DNA from: Sedimentisphaerales bacterium
GTDB taxonomy: Bacteria; Planctomycetota; Phycisphaerae; Sedimentisphaerales; SM23-30
Direction of reading: 5' to 3'
DNA: 64,000 nucleotides
Assembly: GCA_963663965.2 (NCBI GenBank)
Contig: CAXXFK010000024.1
Location: 82,959-146,958, forward strand
The notes under the pieces were generated by a model. The model did no database searches and was not told the DNA's origin. It saw only the letters and a list, made by a program, of their open reading frames with translations. Below, in pieces: positions 31,106 through 41,736 of the stretch. The position numbers and the translations under genes are program-made. Numbering within the stretch: the stretch's first letter is position 1; each line of letters opens with the position of its first letter.

Positions 31106-33166
31106 TTAGCCCCTTCTTTCACTAAGAGCAGTTTGAGTAGTCTGAATACGTTTTGATATCTCGATAAAACCAATCGTTAGTACCAGGAATAATACAGCAA
31201 CAAGAACCAGCCAGATCGGAAAACCATTGGTTTCTATATTAGCCGCGTCCAGCCAGTCGGTGAGATCTTTGGGAAGTAAATTCGATTCACTTAAAACCAC
31301 CAGGCCATTGTTTACCAGGTGAGCGACCATTCCAACAAAAATCGATCCGGTCCTTAAGACAACATAAGTGATCCAGATACCCAATAATGCCGTCGGAACA
31401 ACCCGGTACATACTCATATGAAAAATCCCGAACATGACCGCAACAATAATGACCACTGCCGCAGGATGCAAAGAATTCTTTAATCCGGACAAAATGGCTC
31501 CGCGAAACAGAACCTCTTCACAGATCGCCGCTGACACTGCAATGGCAAAAAACAACAGCCAGGAAGGGGTTTGCGGATCGAATAATTTCTGGCTGGCCTC
31601 CGCCATTTCCGGGGGAACCGGCCAATACTGATTTTGCCAGAGATTATATTGCAGGCCCAGAATCAAGGTCCCTACTGAAGCCACCGCGACCAACACTGTC
31701 GTAAATGGCGGCGGGGTTTTTAAATGCAACGCACTTTTCAAATTGACCCTAAAATACCATAAACCAAATACCGTGGTTCCCAGCAACAACCCCCATTCAG
31801 TAATAATCAGGCCGGAAATAAGCTCTCGTGACTGAAAATAGGTCCCTCCGTAATACAAAATTAACAGCATCACGGCATATAACATGACAGTTGCATCCGG
31901 GGTCAATGTCTTGCGAGGTTGAAGTTGTGAACGCCGCAAACTGATCGGCATTCCTTTTTCCTGGGACAGAATGACATCTTCCCGTTTGAACACCCAGACC
32001 GCGCACATCAATGCCAGCATGGCGTATGCTACAGTACTGACAAATACCATAAACGCCAGATCGCCAGCCAGTTTCTGCATTAAAATCGCCTTGAATAATA
32101 ATGCCACATTAGCGACGGGAATCAAGGCAGTCCCCTGTGTCAGTTCGATACCCGGCATGCCAACAATCATGCAAGGCAGCATAATCATCATATAAAATGG
32201 TGTAACATAATTTTGTGCCTCTTTAAAACTGCGGGCGAATAAGGCGATCGTCATCATCACCGAGCAGATAAAAAAGGATAACGGAACTATCATCGCAAAT
32301 AAAGTAATCATCCCAGGGGTTGAAATAGCAAATACCATGTCCGGCAAATCTGCTTCTGGCCCAACCGCAGCCTTCATCCGCGATACTTGAAATAATAGCA
32401 CCCCAATCATGCTGCCCATATTGAGTAACCCGGTGATAATCGATAAGCCGAAAACTGTTAAAAATTTCCCGGACACAATTTCCATTCGGCTGGTGGGTGT
32501 TGAAAGCAGCGTTTCAAAGGTACCCCGTTCTTTCTCTCCGGCCGTTAAATCTACCGCCGGGTAAAATGCCCCCACGGCTATCGTTATAATCAGAAACAAC
32601 GGTATGATCATGCCCAGGTAATTTCCGGTGGTTTTCTTGGCTGAAGCGATATTTTCGGATTTTATGGAGATGGGCCTGATAAATTCACCAGCCAGGCCGG
32701 CTGACGCCAACCGTTCCTTGAGATAAGACTCCGACTTTTCCTGTAAACAATTGCGAATACGGGAACGGGCCTCGGTTGATCGAACTTCGGTCTGGTCATA
32801 TCGTATTTCAATCTCCACCGTACGATTGGCATCCAGTTGTTCCAGCGCGTCTGCCGGAGCATAGACGATGACATCCAGTTTGCCTTCTGACAATTCCTCT
32901 TCCGGATGGTCTGCCTCTATGACTTTAACTTTATCAAGGGATGACAACCAATCTCTGATACCCTCTGGACAATCGGTACCGAACGCTATCCGTGAATCTT
33001 TCTCTTCGATCTTGGTTTTTTGCATCAACGTTGCTTCACTGATAATAATAAATATGAGCGGATAAATCACCAGTGGCACGCCGATCATGGCAAACAACGC
33101 ACGTTTATCCCGCAACGTCTCGAGCAATTCTTTTTTGAGAATACTAAAAGTAATGTTTAACCGCAT
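31106..33166 (-). CDS. NatB-like ABC-2 permease fused to a CPBP/CAAX intramembrane protease domain
   Basis: KELLETLRD, AGEKERGTFETLL and ARSFKEAQ; C-terminal EEVLFRG, FGIFH and HLVNN. Confidence 0.88.
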   Translation of the reverse strand: MRLNITFSILKKELLETLRDKRALFAMIGVPLVIYPLIFIIISEATLMQKTKIEEKDSRIAFGTDCPEGIRDWLSSLDKVKVIEADHPEEELSEGKLDVIVYAPADALEQLDANRTVEIEIRYDQTEVRSTEARSRIRNCLQEKSESYLKERLASAGLAGEFIRPISIKSENIASAKKTTGNYLGMIIPLFLIITIAVGAFYPAVDLTAGEKERGTFETLLSTPTSRMEIVSGKFLTVFGLSIITGLLNMGSMIGVLLFQVSRMKAAVGPEADLPDMVFAISTPGMITLFAMIVPLSFFICSVMMTIALFARSFKEAQNYVTPFYMMIMLPCMIVGMPGIELTQGTALIPVANVALLFKAILMQKLAGDLAFMVFVSTVAYAMLALMCAVWVFKREDVILSQEKGMPISLRRSQLQPRKTLTPDATVMLYAVMLLILYYGGTYFQSRELISGLIITEWGLLLGTTVFGLWYFRVNLKSALHLKTPPPFTTVLVAVASVGTLILGLQYNLWQNQYWPVPPEMAEASQKLFDPQTPSWLLFFAIAVSAAICEEVLFRGAILSGLKNSLHPAAVVIIVAVMFGIFHMSMYRVVPTALLGIWITYVVLRTGSIFVGMVAHLVNNGLVVLSESNLLPKDLTDWLDAANIETNGFPIWLVLVAVLFLVLTIGFIEISKRIQTTQTALSERRG

Positions 33167-33912
33167 ACGCCCTCCTGGTCTTGTTCATGTACCATGGCCA
33201 AAAATGCCTCTTTTAAATTGCCGGTACCTGTCTGTTGATAAAGGGCCTCCTGAGTCCCTTCGGCCATGAGCCGGCCGCCATATAAAAATCCAATTCGATT
33301 ACACAGCATTTCCGCTTCCGTCATATAATGTGTCGAAAAAATGACTGTCAAACCATTGCGGCTGGAATCTACGATAAAATCGAGAATAGACTGGCAAGTC
33401 ATAATATCCAGACCCAAAGTGGGTTCATCCAGGATTAAGACTCTGGGATGATGCAGGATGACCCGGGCTATCGATACTTTTTGCGTCTGACCTGTTGAAT
33501 AGCTATCGCAACGTCGATCGATAAAATCGGACATGTTCAATAATTGGACCAGCTCTTCCGTTCGATCGTCAATCGAAGATCGAGACATCTCATGTAACTG
33601 GCCGAAATATCGCAGTAACTCCCTGCCGGATAAACGGCCATAGAGCTTGGTATTGCCGGATGCGAAACCAATCATCTTTCGGATTTCTTCGGGCGCTTGA
33701 TCGGTACGTCGCCCGCAAACAACACAATAACCGGAAGACGGAGTAATAATGGTCCCCAGCATGCGCAGCAAAGTCGTCTTACCGGCGCCGTTGGGCCCGA
33801 GCAACCCGTAGATTTCTCCTTCCTCTACCTGAAAGGATACATCGTTTACTGCCTCGACAATTCTGCCACGAGACGCTACGAAGTGTTTCGATAAGCCACA
33901 AATCTCAATCAC
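33157..33912 (-). CDS. NatA-like ABC ATPase
   Basis: GPNGAGKTT, YSTGQ, LILDEPT and FSTH. Confidence 0.9.
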   Translation of the reverse strand: MIEICGLSKHFVASRGRIVEAVNDVSFQVEEGEIYGLLGPNGAGKTTLLRMLGTIITPSSGYCVVCGRRTDQAPEEIRKMIGFASGNTKLYGRLSGRELLRYFGQLHEMSRSSIDDRTEELVQLLNMSDFIDRRCDSYSTGQTQKVSIARVILHHPRVLILDEPTLGLDIMTCQSILDFIVDSSRNGLTVIFSTHYMTEAEMLCNRIGFLYGGRLMAEGTQEALYQQTGTGNLKEAFLAMVHEQDQEGVCG

Positions 33913-33971
33913 AAACTAATCTCCAAATTGTTTTTTCGGATAGTCGTTCTTCAACCACCAGCATTTCCTAT

Positions 33972-35177
33972 TTATTTGAATTTCTCTTCTTCCAGTCCTT
34001 CCAGCATACGCAAATAACTCTGATATCTGGCCGACCGAATCCTGCCTTCTTCAACAGCGCATACCACGGCGCATCCTGGCTCATGAGTATGGGTACAATC
34101 CGAAAATCGGCAATGATCCGCGTAAGCGTCAAATTCATCGAAATACCAGCGTAATTCTTCCCGGTTCATTTTCCACAATCCAAAACTACGGACTCCGGGA
34201 GTATCGATTACACAGATACCATGACCGATCCGGTATAAACTGCTTCGAACGGTAGTGTGGCGCCCTTTAAGATTACGTCGGCGGGTTTCGCTGGTTTCCA
34301 GTTCCAGACTGGGATCGATGGCATTAACCAGTGAACTTTTACCGACCCCGCTTTGACCGACAAAAACAGAGGTTTTCCCTTGCAGAGTTTCGATTAACTC
34401 GTCAATGCCCTGTCCACTTAATGCACAACAAAAAATGACTGGAATTTTTAGTTCATCATAGGAATGCATACACTCTTCCAGATCAATCTGTGCATGCTCT
34501 TTTAAGTCCATTTTATTGATACAGATCAATGGCTGTATCTTACCCCGATCCATTGCCAGCAGATAACGGTCAATCAAATTGCTGGATAACGGCGGAGTGT
34601 ACAAAGAACCGACCACAACACCAATGTCCACATTGGCAGCAATAACGCGTTCTATCCGGGCATCATGAGGATCCGGTCTGGACAGCAGACTTTTGCGATC
34701 GATCACTTCTTCCACTCGGAATGAACCATCCTTTGCCCGAGAATAACGGACATGATCACCGACAGCCAGATCGCTACGTTGCCCCATGACCAATTCAGTC
34801 CGGACCAGGGCGGGGATCTCTTCGTGCCCGGCCAGCAACCGGCAACTGCCCGAAGTAAGTTCAACCACTTGCCCGGGATAGGTCTCCAACTGGATATCAG
34901 TCTCAGCGGCAAAATTATCGAAATCACCCTGATCAAGAATCTGCAATGCCCATTCATCCAGAGAGAGCGGAACCCGCTTCATTCGCCTGAGATGACGACG
35001 CTCCTCCTCCATATCGCTTCCGATTCGATATTTCCGGGTTAGATCACTACGATCATGCCGCTTATCCATATTGGCAGCTTTTCTCTTGCGCGCGGCTTGT
35101 TTATACAGACTACGCTTCTGATCCTCAGTTAATTTCGCCAGTTTATCTTCAAGACGTTTTTTATCCACTTCTTTCAT
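33972..35177 (-). CDS. rsgA: Ribosome small subunit-dependent GTPase with N-terminal extension
   Basis: NKMD, GQSGVGKSS, GRHTT, DTPG and the CRFSDCTHTHEPGC zinc finger. Confidence 0.93.
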   Translation of the reverse strand: MKEVDKKRLEDKLAKLTEDQKRSLYKQAARKRKAANMDKRHDRSDLTRKYRIGSDMEEERRHLRRMKRVPLSLDEWALQILDQGDFDNFAAETDIQLETYPGQVVELTSGSCRLLAGHEEIPALVRTELVMGQRSDLAVGDHVRYSRAKDGSFRVEEVIDRKSLLSRPDPHDARIERVIAANVDIGVVVGSLYTPPLSSNLIDRYLLAMDRGKIQPLICINKMDLKEHAQIDLEECMHSYDELKIPVIFCCALSGQGIDELIETLQGKTSVFVGQSGVGKSSLVNAIDPSLELETSETRRRNLKGRHTTVRSSLYRIGHGICVIDTPGVRSFGLWKMNREELRWYFDEFDAYADHCRFSDCTHTHEPGCAVVCAVEEGRIRSARYQSYLRMLEGLEEEKFK

Positions 35178-35858
35178 GCAACAGTCATCTTTTCTGAAGT
35201 TTTCTTACATTCATTTATCAATCCTCAACATTTGTATATATATCGTCTCATACAATCACAACTATTTATATTATCTCCATTAATACCAATATCTTACATA
35301 ATAATTATTTGTTAGTGAGATCTTTTCCAATAATTTGAATACAATCGAGACTTATAACTATTAGCATACATTAGCATCATCATAACGAATCCAATACAGT
35401 TCATAATATATTTAATATTAACTACTTACAATATTATTACAAGTAGATTCCTCCACTTTGTATGCTGAATAATATAAAAAAACAATGTGATTTAATCAGG
35501 TATGGATATAGAGGCAAGATTATTTTGAACGCTTACCTATGGTACCCAATACTGTCTTTAAAATGGGTCTGAATTATTACACAGTTGCCCGTGTTCAATA
35601 CTGAATCACTCAAACACATAGTTACGCATTTCCCATGCCAACAATTCCATAACCGCCTTTATTTAAACATTTTAACAAATCTGAATATTTCATCAATACC
35701 CATTCTAAACAAACCCATTGTGGTTCAACTTTTAGCGTATTACTGAATGATGAATTATTACATATTTACCCAGATTTAAATTGCATTCATTAATAAAATT
35801 TATAAATGTTTAAAAATTTTCTTGATTTTCACCATGAATAGTCGATATATTTGGAGTG

Positions 35859-35960
35859 ATGAGGAACTGCACTTTAAAAGCTGTAAACATAATATCCTTA
35901 AACAGTGCCGCAAGCGCTGGTTTCGGTATTGCGCAGATTCTTATTCTACTAGCCCTTTAG
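35859..35960 (+). CDS. Putative leu operon leader peptide (33 aa, ends ILILLAL)
   Basis: ATT CTT ATT CTA CTA GCC CTT TAG lying 135 nt before leuA, with an overlapping hairpin at 35950-35966. Confidence 0.6.
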   Translation: MRNCTLKAVNIISLNSAASAGFGIAQILILLAL

Positions 35961-36052
35961 GGGCTATACATTCAAAATTCATATCTATACACGCGGTTTT
36001 TATCTTTTTAACATAGGATTTTATTGTTATAATCCCGATTTTACATCTAACT

Positions 36053-36078
36053 CGTCCCAAAGTGTTTGGGGCGGTTTA
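36053..36078 (+). promoter_or_regulatory. Hairpin just before the leuA RBS (possible attenuator terminator)
   Basis: CGTCCCAAA-GTG-TTTGGGGCG followed by GTTTA. Confidence 0.45.
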
Positions 36079-36095
36079 TAATCAGGAGGTCTTTT

Positions 36096-37646
36096 ATGTC
36101 AGACCCAAATCAACAAAATAATAGAGTATTAATTTTTGACTCAACTTTACGCGATGCCGAACAGAGCCCTGGTGCCAGTTTAAATACGCCGGAAAAGGTG
36201 GAAATTGCTCACCAACTGGCTAGATTGGGCGTTGATATTATAGAAGCGGGATTTCCCGTAAGCTCACCAGTTCAGTTTGAAGCGGTCGAAATCATCAGTA
36301 AAGAAGTTGAAGGACCGGTTATTGCATCCCTTGCCAGAACGGTAAAAAAAGATATCGATGCGGCCGCTCAAGCAATGCAGGCGGCTCCTCGAAAACGAAT
36401 CCATACTTTCACCAGCACCAGCCCACAACATATGGAATACATGTTAAAAATGACTCCTGATGTAGTGCTGCAAAAGGCCGTGGAAGCCATCCAGTATGCT
36501 AAAAGTTATACTGATGATGTGGAATTCAGTGCACAGGATGCCACCAGGAGTGATGTCCAGTTTTTAAAAGAAGTCGTTCAAGCCGCAATTGAAGCAGGCG
36601 CAACAACTATCAATATTCCTGATACCGTTGGATACGCGATTCCTGAGGAATACGGTCGTTTGATTGCGACCCTGATGGAAATACCGGGAGCTGACCGTGT
36701 GATTTTAAGCACGCATTGTCACAATGACCTTGGATTGGCTACTGCAAATTCACTGGCCGGGGTGTTAAATGGCGCTCGCCAGATAGAATGTACCATGAAT
36801 GGCCTGGGGGAACGGGCTGGAAATGCCTCACTGGAAGAATGCGTAATGGCCATGAATGTTCGAAATGATTTCTGTCATTTACATACGAAAGTGAGAACCC
36901 AGGAAATTTATCGCACCAGCCAGATGGTATCCAAGTTGATGGGAATGCCCATTCAGCCAAACAAAGCCATTGTTGGTACGAACGCGTTTGCCCACGAATC
37001 AGGAATCCATGTCGATGGTCTGTTGAAGAATCGCAGCACCTATGAGATTATGACACCGGAATCGGTTGGCGTTACCGGGACTAAACTGGTACTGGGCCGC
37101 CATACCGGCCGGCATGGTTTTAAAAAGCATTGTGAAGAACTTGGATTCGTTTTGGACGAATCGCAACTGGAATCGACGTATCAGCGCTTTCTGGAATTGG
37201 CCGACAAGAAAAAAGAAATCTTCGACGATGATGTGATCGCCCTGCTGGATGAGAAGATGCGTTCGATTGCTGAGGTATTTCAGCTGGATTACTTGCATTG
37301 CGCCAGTGGGTCTGGAGTCATCTCCACTGCCACTGTCCGTATTAATCGACAGGGGCAGCCGTTGCTGGCGGCAGCGCTGGGCGATGGGCCGGTAGACGCT
37401 ACCTATAAAGCGATTCGTAAAGCGACCCAGCTGGAACCTGAACTGGAAAATTATTCGATTCGCGCCGTAACTGGCAGCAGCGAAGCGCTGGGCGAGGCAA
37501 TTTTGCGAATCCGTTATGAAGGGAAGACCTATATCGGACGCGGGATCAGCACCGATATTATCGAAGCTTCGGCCAAGGCTTATGTCAACGCGCTGAACAT
37601 TATGATGCTGCGTATCAACCGTACCGTTCAAAACATGACAGATTAA
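36096..37646 (+). CDS. leuA: 2-isopropylmalate synthase
   Basis: DSTLRDAEQ, HCHNDLG, HESGIH and the C-terminal regulatory domain (GDGPVDA, TDIIEAS); ATG follows AGGAGG. Confidence 0.93.
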   Translation: MSDPNQQNNRVLIFDSTLRDAEQSPGASLNTPEKVEIAHQLARLGVDIIEAGFPVSSPVQFEAVEIISKEVEGPVIASLARTVKKDIDAAAQAMQAAPRKRIHTFTSTSPQHMEYMLKMTPDVVLQKAVEAIQYAKSYTDDVEFSAQDATRSDVQFLKEVVQAAIEAGATTINIPDTVGYAIPEEYGRLIATLMEIPGADRVILSTHCHNDLGLATANSLAGVLNGARQIECTMNGLGERAGNASLEECVMAMNVRNDFCHLHTKVRTQEIYRTSQMVSKLMGMPIQPNKAIVGTNAFAHESGIHVDGLLKNRSTYEIMTPESVGVTGTKLVLGRHTGRHGFKKHCEELGFVLDESQLESTYQRFLELADKKKEIFDDDVIALLDEKMRSIAEVFQLDYLHCASGSGVISTATVRINRQGQPLLAAALGDGPVDATYKAIRKATQLEPELENYSIRAVTGSSEALGEAILRIRYEGKTYIGRGISTDIIEASAKAYVNALNIMMLRINRTVQNMTD

Positions 37647-37675
37647 AGCAGATATTGCGATAAGGAAAATCAAAA

Positions 37676-38938
37676 ATGGGAATGACTATAACCGAAAAAA
37701 TCCTGGCTGCCCATAGCGGACAAGTGGCGGTAAAGCCCGGCCAGTTAATCAACGCCAAGATCGATGTGGTCATGTGTCACGACGTCACCACCCCTCCGGC
37801 GATCTCCATGCTCAAGAAAATCGGCCTGGACCGGGTATTTGATCCGGAGAAAATCGTAGTAACCCCGGACCATTTTCAACCGGCAAAGGATATCAAGAGC
37901 GCTGAATTGCATAAACGGCTGGATGACTGGTGCAAGGCCAACAATCTTAAATACTATTACCCTGTTGGGCGCGCGGGTGTTTGCCATGCGCTACTGCCCG
38001 AACAAGGCCATGTACGGCCCGGCGAAACAATTGTGGGAGGCGACAGCCACACCTGCACTTATGGCGCATTCGGAGCCTTTAGCACTGGGATTGGATCCAC
38101 CGATCTGGCCGCTGCCATCGCCACAGGAGAATTGTGGTTTCGAGTTCCGGAATCCATCAAATTTGAATTGAAAGGAAAATTGCAGCATGGTGTCTACAGT
38201 AAAGACATCATTCTAAAAATCATTTCCATCATCGGCACTGATGGTGCACGCTATAAAGCCATGGAATTCGGCGGTGAAACGTTTGCTGACTTATCGATGG
38301 AAGCGCGTATGACAATCACCAATATGGCGATTGAAGCCGGTGGCAAAAATGGTATCATCCCGGTGGATGACATTACACAGGAATATCTCCGGGGTCGCTT
38401 AAAAGGGAAACAGGAATATACCGTCTATGAATCGGATTCTGACGCGGAATATTGCGAAACTCATACGATCAATTGTGATACGCTGGAACCGTTTGTTGCC
38501 GAGCCTCATTTGCCCAGCAATGGCCGTCCTGTATCCGAACTGACAGGAACAATCATGCACCAGTGCTACATCGGCAGTTGCACCAACGGACGTATCGAAG
38601 ATTTACGTCTCGCAGCAAGTATTTTAAAAGGTCATAAAATCGCGATACGGACGATTATTGTGCCGGCAACCCCTGTTATCTGGAAACAGGCTCAGGAAGA
38701 AGGCCTGTTTGATGTCTTCTACGATGCCGGATGTGTTATATCGGCACCCACCTGTGGCGCATGTCTGGGTGGTTTTATGGGCATTCTGGCAGCCGGCGAA
38801 AAATGTATCAGCACGACCAACCGTAATTTCGTTGGTCGCATGGGACATCCCGATAGTGGTGTTTACCTGGCCAGCCCTGCCACCGCAGCAGCGGCGGCTA
38901 TCGAAGGGAAAATCACCGATCCGCGTCAATATCTGTAA
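37676..38938 (+). CDS. leuC: 3-isopropylmalate dehydratase large subunit
   Basis: DSHTCT, GSCTNGR, CGACLG and TNRNF. Confidence 0.93.
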   Translation: MGMTITEKILAAHSGQVAVKPGQLINAKIDVVMCHDVTTPPAISMLKKIGLDRVFDPEKIVVTPDHFQPAKDIKSAELHKRLDDWCKANNLKYYYPVGRAGVCHALLPEQGHVRPGETIVGGDSHTCTYGAFGAFSTGIGSTDLAAAIATGELWFRVPESIKFELKGKLQHGVYSKDIILKIISIIGTDGARYKAMEFGGETFADLSMEARMTITNMAIEAGGKNGIIPVDDITQEYLRGRLKGKQEYTVYESDSDAEYCETHTINCDTLEPFVAEPHLPSNGRPVSELTGTIMHQCYIGSCTNGRIEDLRLAASILKGHKIAIRTIIVPATPVIWKQAQEEGLFDVFYDAGCVISAPTCGACLGGFMGILAAGEKCISTTNRNFVGRMGHPDSGVYLASPATAAAAAIEGKITDPRQYL

Positions 38939-38958
38939 TCAAACGAAAGGAATATATC

Positions 38959-39441
38959 ATGGGTAAAGCACATGTTTATATACGTGATCATATTAATACC
39001 GACGAAATTATACCCGCACGTTATTTAAATAGCGACGCCGAAGATGAACTGGCTCTTCATTGCATGGAAGATCTCGATGGTGAGTTTCCATCTAAAGTTC
39101 AACCGGGTGACATTATTGTTGCCGGTGAAGATTTTGGTTGCGGATCCTCCCGCGAACACGCCGTCTGGTCAATACGCGGCGCCAAAGTGGCTGCCGTAAT
39201 AGCCGGATCATTCGCGCGAATTTTTTATCGCAATGCAATTAACTGCGGTTTTCCAGTAGTGGAACTGCCCGGTATCAATCAAAAGATCAAAACCGGTGAT
39301 GAACTTGAAATTGACTTAAAAAATGGCGTAATCGCAAATAAAACTCAGGGGGTCAACTATGCGTTCACCCCCCTGCCTGACTTCGCGCTTGAAATCATTG
39401 AGGTTGGTGGATTACTTAATAAACTGGCCTCAAGTAAATAA
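38959..39441 (+). CDS. leuD: 3-isopropylmalate dehydratase small subunit
   Basis: [22 protein letters not shown] and FARIFYRN. Confidence 0.93.
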   Translation: MGKAHVYIRDHINTDEIIPARYLNSDAEDELALHCMEDLDGEFPSKVQPGDIIVAGEDFGCGSSREHAVWSIRGAKVAAVIAGSFARIFYRNAINCGFPVVELPGINQKIKTGDELEIDLKNGVIANKTQGVNYAFTPLPDFALEIIEVGGLLNKLASSK

Positions 39442-39493
39442 AAAAATACATTCAAATATTGATTCTTTACTAAATCAAAGAAAGGAATGAACC

Positions 39494-40576
39494 GTGTATA
39501 AAATCGCAGTTATGCCAGGTGATGGTACCGGCCCGGAAGTAACCATTGAGGCCGTCAAGGTATTGGAGGCCGCTGCCGCCAAGTATGGTTTCAAATATGA
39601 GACGACCGAATTTGATTTCGGTGGAGAACGCTACAAACGTACCGGCGAAACTCTGCCGGACAGCGCCATCGAAGAACTGAAACAATTCGACAACATCCTG
39701 CTGGGCGCCATTGGCCATCCGGATGTTGCCCCCGGTATTCTCGAAAAAGGCATTCTCCTCAAGGCCCGTTTTGCCATGGATCAGTACATCAACCTGCGTC
39801 CGGTGCGGCTATTCCCGGGCGTAGAAACCCCCATCAAAGATAAAGGCCCAAAAGATATCGACTATGTCGTCGTACGTGAGAACACTGGCGACCTTTATGT
39901 GGGTGCCGGTGGATTTACCATGAAGGGCACCCCGCATGAAACTGCCATTCAGACCTCAATTTATACGCGTCATCAGGTGGACCGTTGTCTGAAATACGCC
40001 TTTGAATATGCCAGCAAATATGGCAAGAAAGCCCGTGGTCTCGGCTCCGAAAACACCGTTGGACTGGTTGGCAAAACCAATGTCCTGACGTTCGTTTACG
40101 ACCTGTGGGAACGCGCCTTCCATGAAATGGGCGATAAATATTATCCCGATATCCGGCGTGACTACTATCATGTTGACGCCACCTGCATGTGGATGGTTAA
40201 GAGCCCTGAGTGGTTCGATGTGCTCGTCACCGGCAACCTGTTCGGCGACATCATCACCGATCTCGGCGCCATGACCCAGGGCGGCATGGGAATCGCGGCC
40301 GGCGGCAATATTAATCCCGAGGGTGTCAGCATGTTCGAGCCGATTGGCGGTTCTGCCCCTAAATATACTGGCAAGAATGTCATCAATCCTCTGGCCGCTA
40401 TTTGCGCCGCGGCCATGATGCTGCAGGATCTTGGCGAAGAAAAAGCGGCTAACGGTATCGAAGAGGCCGTCAAGTTTGTTACCGCCAATAAACTCAAGAG
40501 CCTGGCCGCTGGACGCATGGGGTACAGTACGACCGAAGTGGGCGATCTGGTTGCCGATAAAGTTGCAACACTTTAA
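39494..40576 (+). CDS. leuB: 3-isopropylmalate dehydrogenase
   Basis: [25 protein letters not shown] and EPIGGSAP. Confidence 0.92.
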   Translation: MYKIAVMPGDGTGPEVTIEAVKVLEAAAAKYGFKYETTEFDFGGERYKRTGETLPDSAIEELKQFDNILLGAIGHPDVAPGILEKGILLKARFAMDQYINLRPVRLFPGVETPIKDKGPKDIDYVVVRENTGDLYVGAGGFTMKGTPHETAIQTSIYTRHQVDRCLKYAFEYASKYGKKARGLGSENTVGLVGKTNVLTFVYDLWERAFHEMGDKYYPDIRRDYYHVDATCMWMVKSPEWFDVLVTGNLFGDIITDLGAMTQGGMGIAAGGNINPEGVSMFEPIGGSAPKYTGKNVINPLAAICAAAMMLQDLGEEKAANGIEEAVKFVTANKLKSLAAGRMGYSTTEVGDLVADKVATL

Positions 40577-40605
40577 TCCTTGTAATCTATTACTTAAATG
40601 TCATC

Positions 40606-40644
40606 AAGTCTGTTTGGAATTTATTCCTGACAGACTTTTTCTTT
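40606..40644 (+). terminator. Intrinsic terminator of the leu operon
   Basis: AAGTCTGT..GGAAT/ATTCC..ACAGACTT stem followed by TTTCTTT. Confidence 0.7.
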
Positions 40645-40655
40645 AACAGGCAAAT

Positions 40656-41540
40656 GTGTTTATGTGGGTAATATTCAGCCTTATCGCCTTGATCGCTAAT
40701 GTGGCCAAGGTGCTGGCAGTGAAGCAATTTTGCAGCCAGATTGACACTCGCCTGCTGGTATTCAGTTCGCGCTTGATCAGTGCAATTGTTCTCATACCCA
40801 TTCTATTATTTCAGAATAGAGCATTTCCAACAAATCCAGTATTCTGGGGAGTGATTCTGTCAACCTCGATCCTTACTGCGATTGCCAGTATGTTACTCAC
40901 CGAATCCATCAAAAAAGGGCCCTTGTCGGTTGTAATGCCAATACAATCTGGAATTCCAGTATTTTCCCTGTTGGCACTTATATTTTTATTTAAAGAACGT
41001 CCCGGTTTGCTTTCGATTGTTTTGATGGTGATTAGCATGATTCTGGTCTGCCTGATGCTTTACTTCCAGAAAAAAGGGGAAACACGGTCGAAACGCCAAT
41101 ATATTTACTCAATTTTTTCTATTCTGGCAGCCGTTATCTTCGGCATCAGTACCGTTCTGGATCCAATCGCAATCCGGCAGATAATCCATGGAGCGCTGGC
41201 TTATAGTGCTTGCTGGAATCTGATTAGTAGCCTGATAATGGCAACAACATTTGTGGGCGGACCACGATTGCGGATTCTAAAAAAAACTGATCATGTTTCT
41301 GGAATATTGATTTACAGCCTTTGTACCCTGGCGGCATTTTTCTTTCAACAATACGCTGTTCAGTTATCGCTGAAAATAACAGGTGCAGTAATCCACGTTA
41401 AAACGTTAGTAATGATGCACATGCCAGTAGTAGTACTTGTGGGAGTTCTGATATATCGAGAAAAACCGCCAGGTCCGGTTATATGGGCAGGTTTGGCAGC
41501 AATTATTACAGGAATCGCATTAATCAGGAGTATTTTGTGA
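40656..41540 (+). CDS. EamA/DMT-family transporter
   Basis: About 10 hydrophobic helices in two repeats; GPLSVVMP, LFKE and YREK. Confidence 0.8.
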   Translation: MFMWVIFSLIALIANVAKVLAVKQFCSQIDTRLLVFSSRLISAIVLIPILLFQNRAFPTNPVFWGVILSTSILTAIASMLLTESIKKGPLSVVMPIQSGIPVFSLLALIFLFKERPGLLSIVLMVISMILVCLMLYFQKKGETRSKRQYIYSIFSILAAVIFGISTVLDPIAIRQIIHGALAYSACWNLISSLIMATTFVGGPRLRILKKTDHVSGILIYSLCTLAAFFFQQYAVQLSLKITGAVIHVKTLVMMHMPVVVLVGVLIYREKPPGPVIWAGLAAIITGIALIRSIL

Positions 41541-41561
41541 CCAATCAAACCCAATCTACTT

Positions 41562-41687
41562 TGTCAGGCTGACAGGTTTGAAAGAAAAAATGACAAAACG
41601 GCAGTCTGGATTAACGAATATTAAATATTTTAATCTATTATTCATAAGGGCTTACAACTCATCAAATTCTCTGGCACGGCCTTTGCA
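41562..41687 (+). promoter_or_regulatory. Sigma54 promoter of dnaK with candidate upstream activator sites
   Basis: TGGCACG-GCCT-TTGCA at 41672-41687 (consensus); TGTCA-GGC-TGACA at 41562-41574 and TGACA-AAA-CGGCA at 41591-41603. Confidence 0.8.
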
Positions 41688-41736
41688 TTAGGTATTTAAG
41701 TGTAATTTTATCTCAAAAAATTCAGGAGACAAGGCA

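Noticed and set aside
35535..35552. TGGTACC as a T-box for leuA
   Set aside because: Lacks the flanking T-box consensus and terminator, and lies about 550 bp upstream
35822..36016. 64-aa ORF from the track upstream of leuA
   Set aside because: No motif or clear RBS; the overlapping Leu/Ile-rich ORF in another frame explains the region better
35178..36065. Replication origin in the long AT-rich spacer
   Set aside because: No cluster of TTATCCACA DnaA boxes seen
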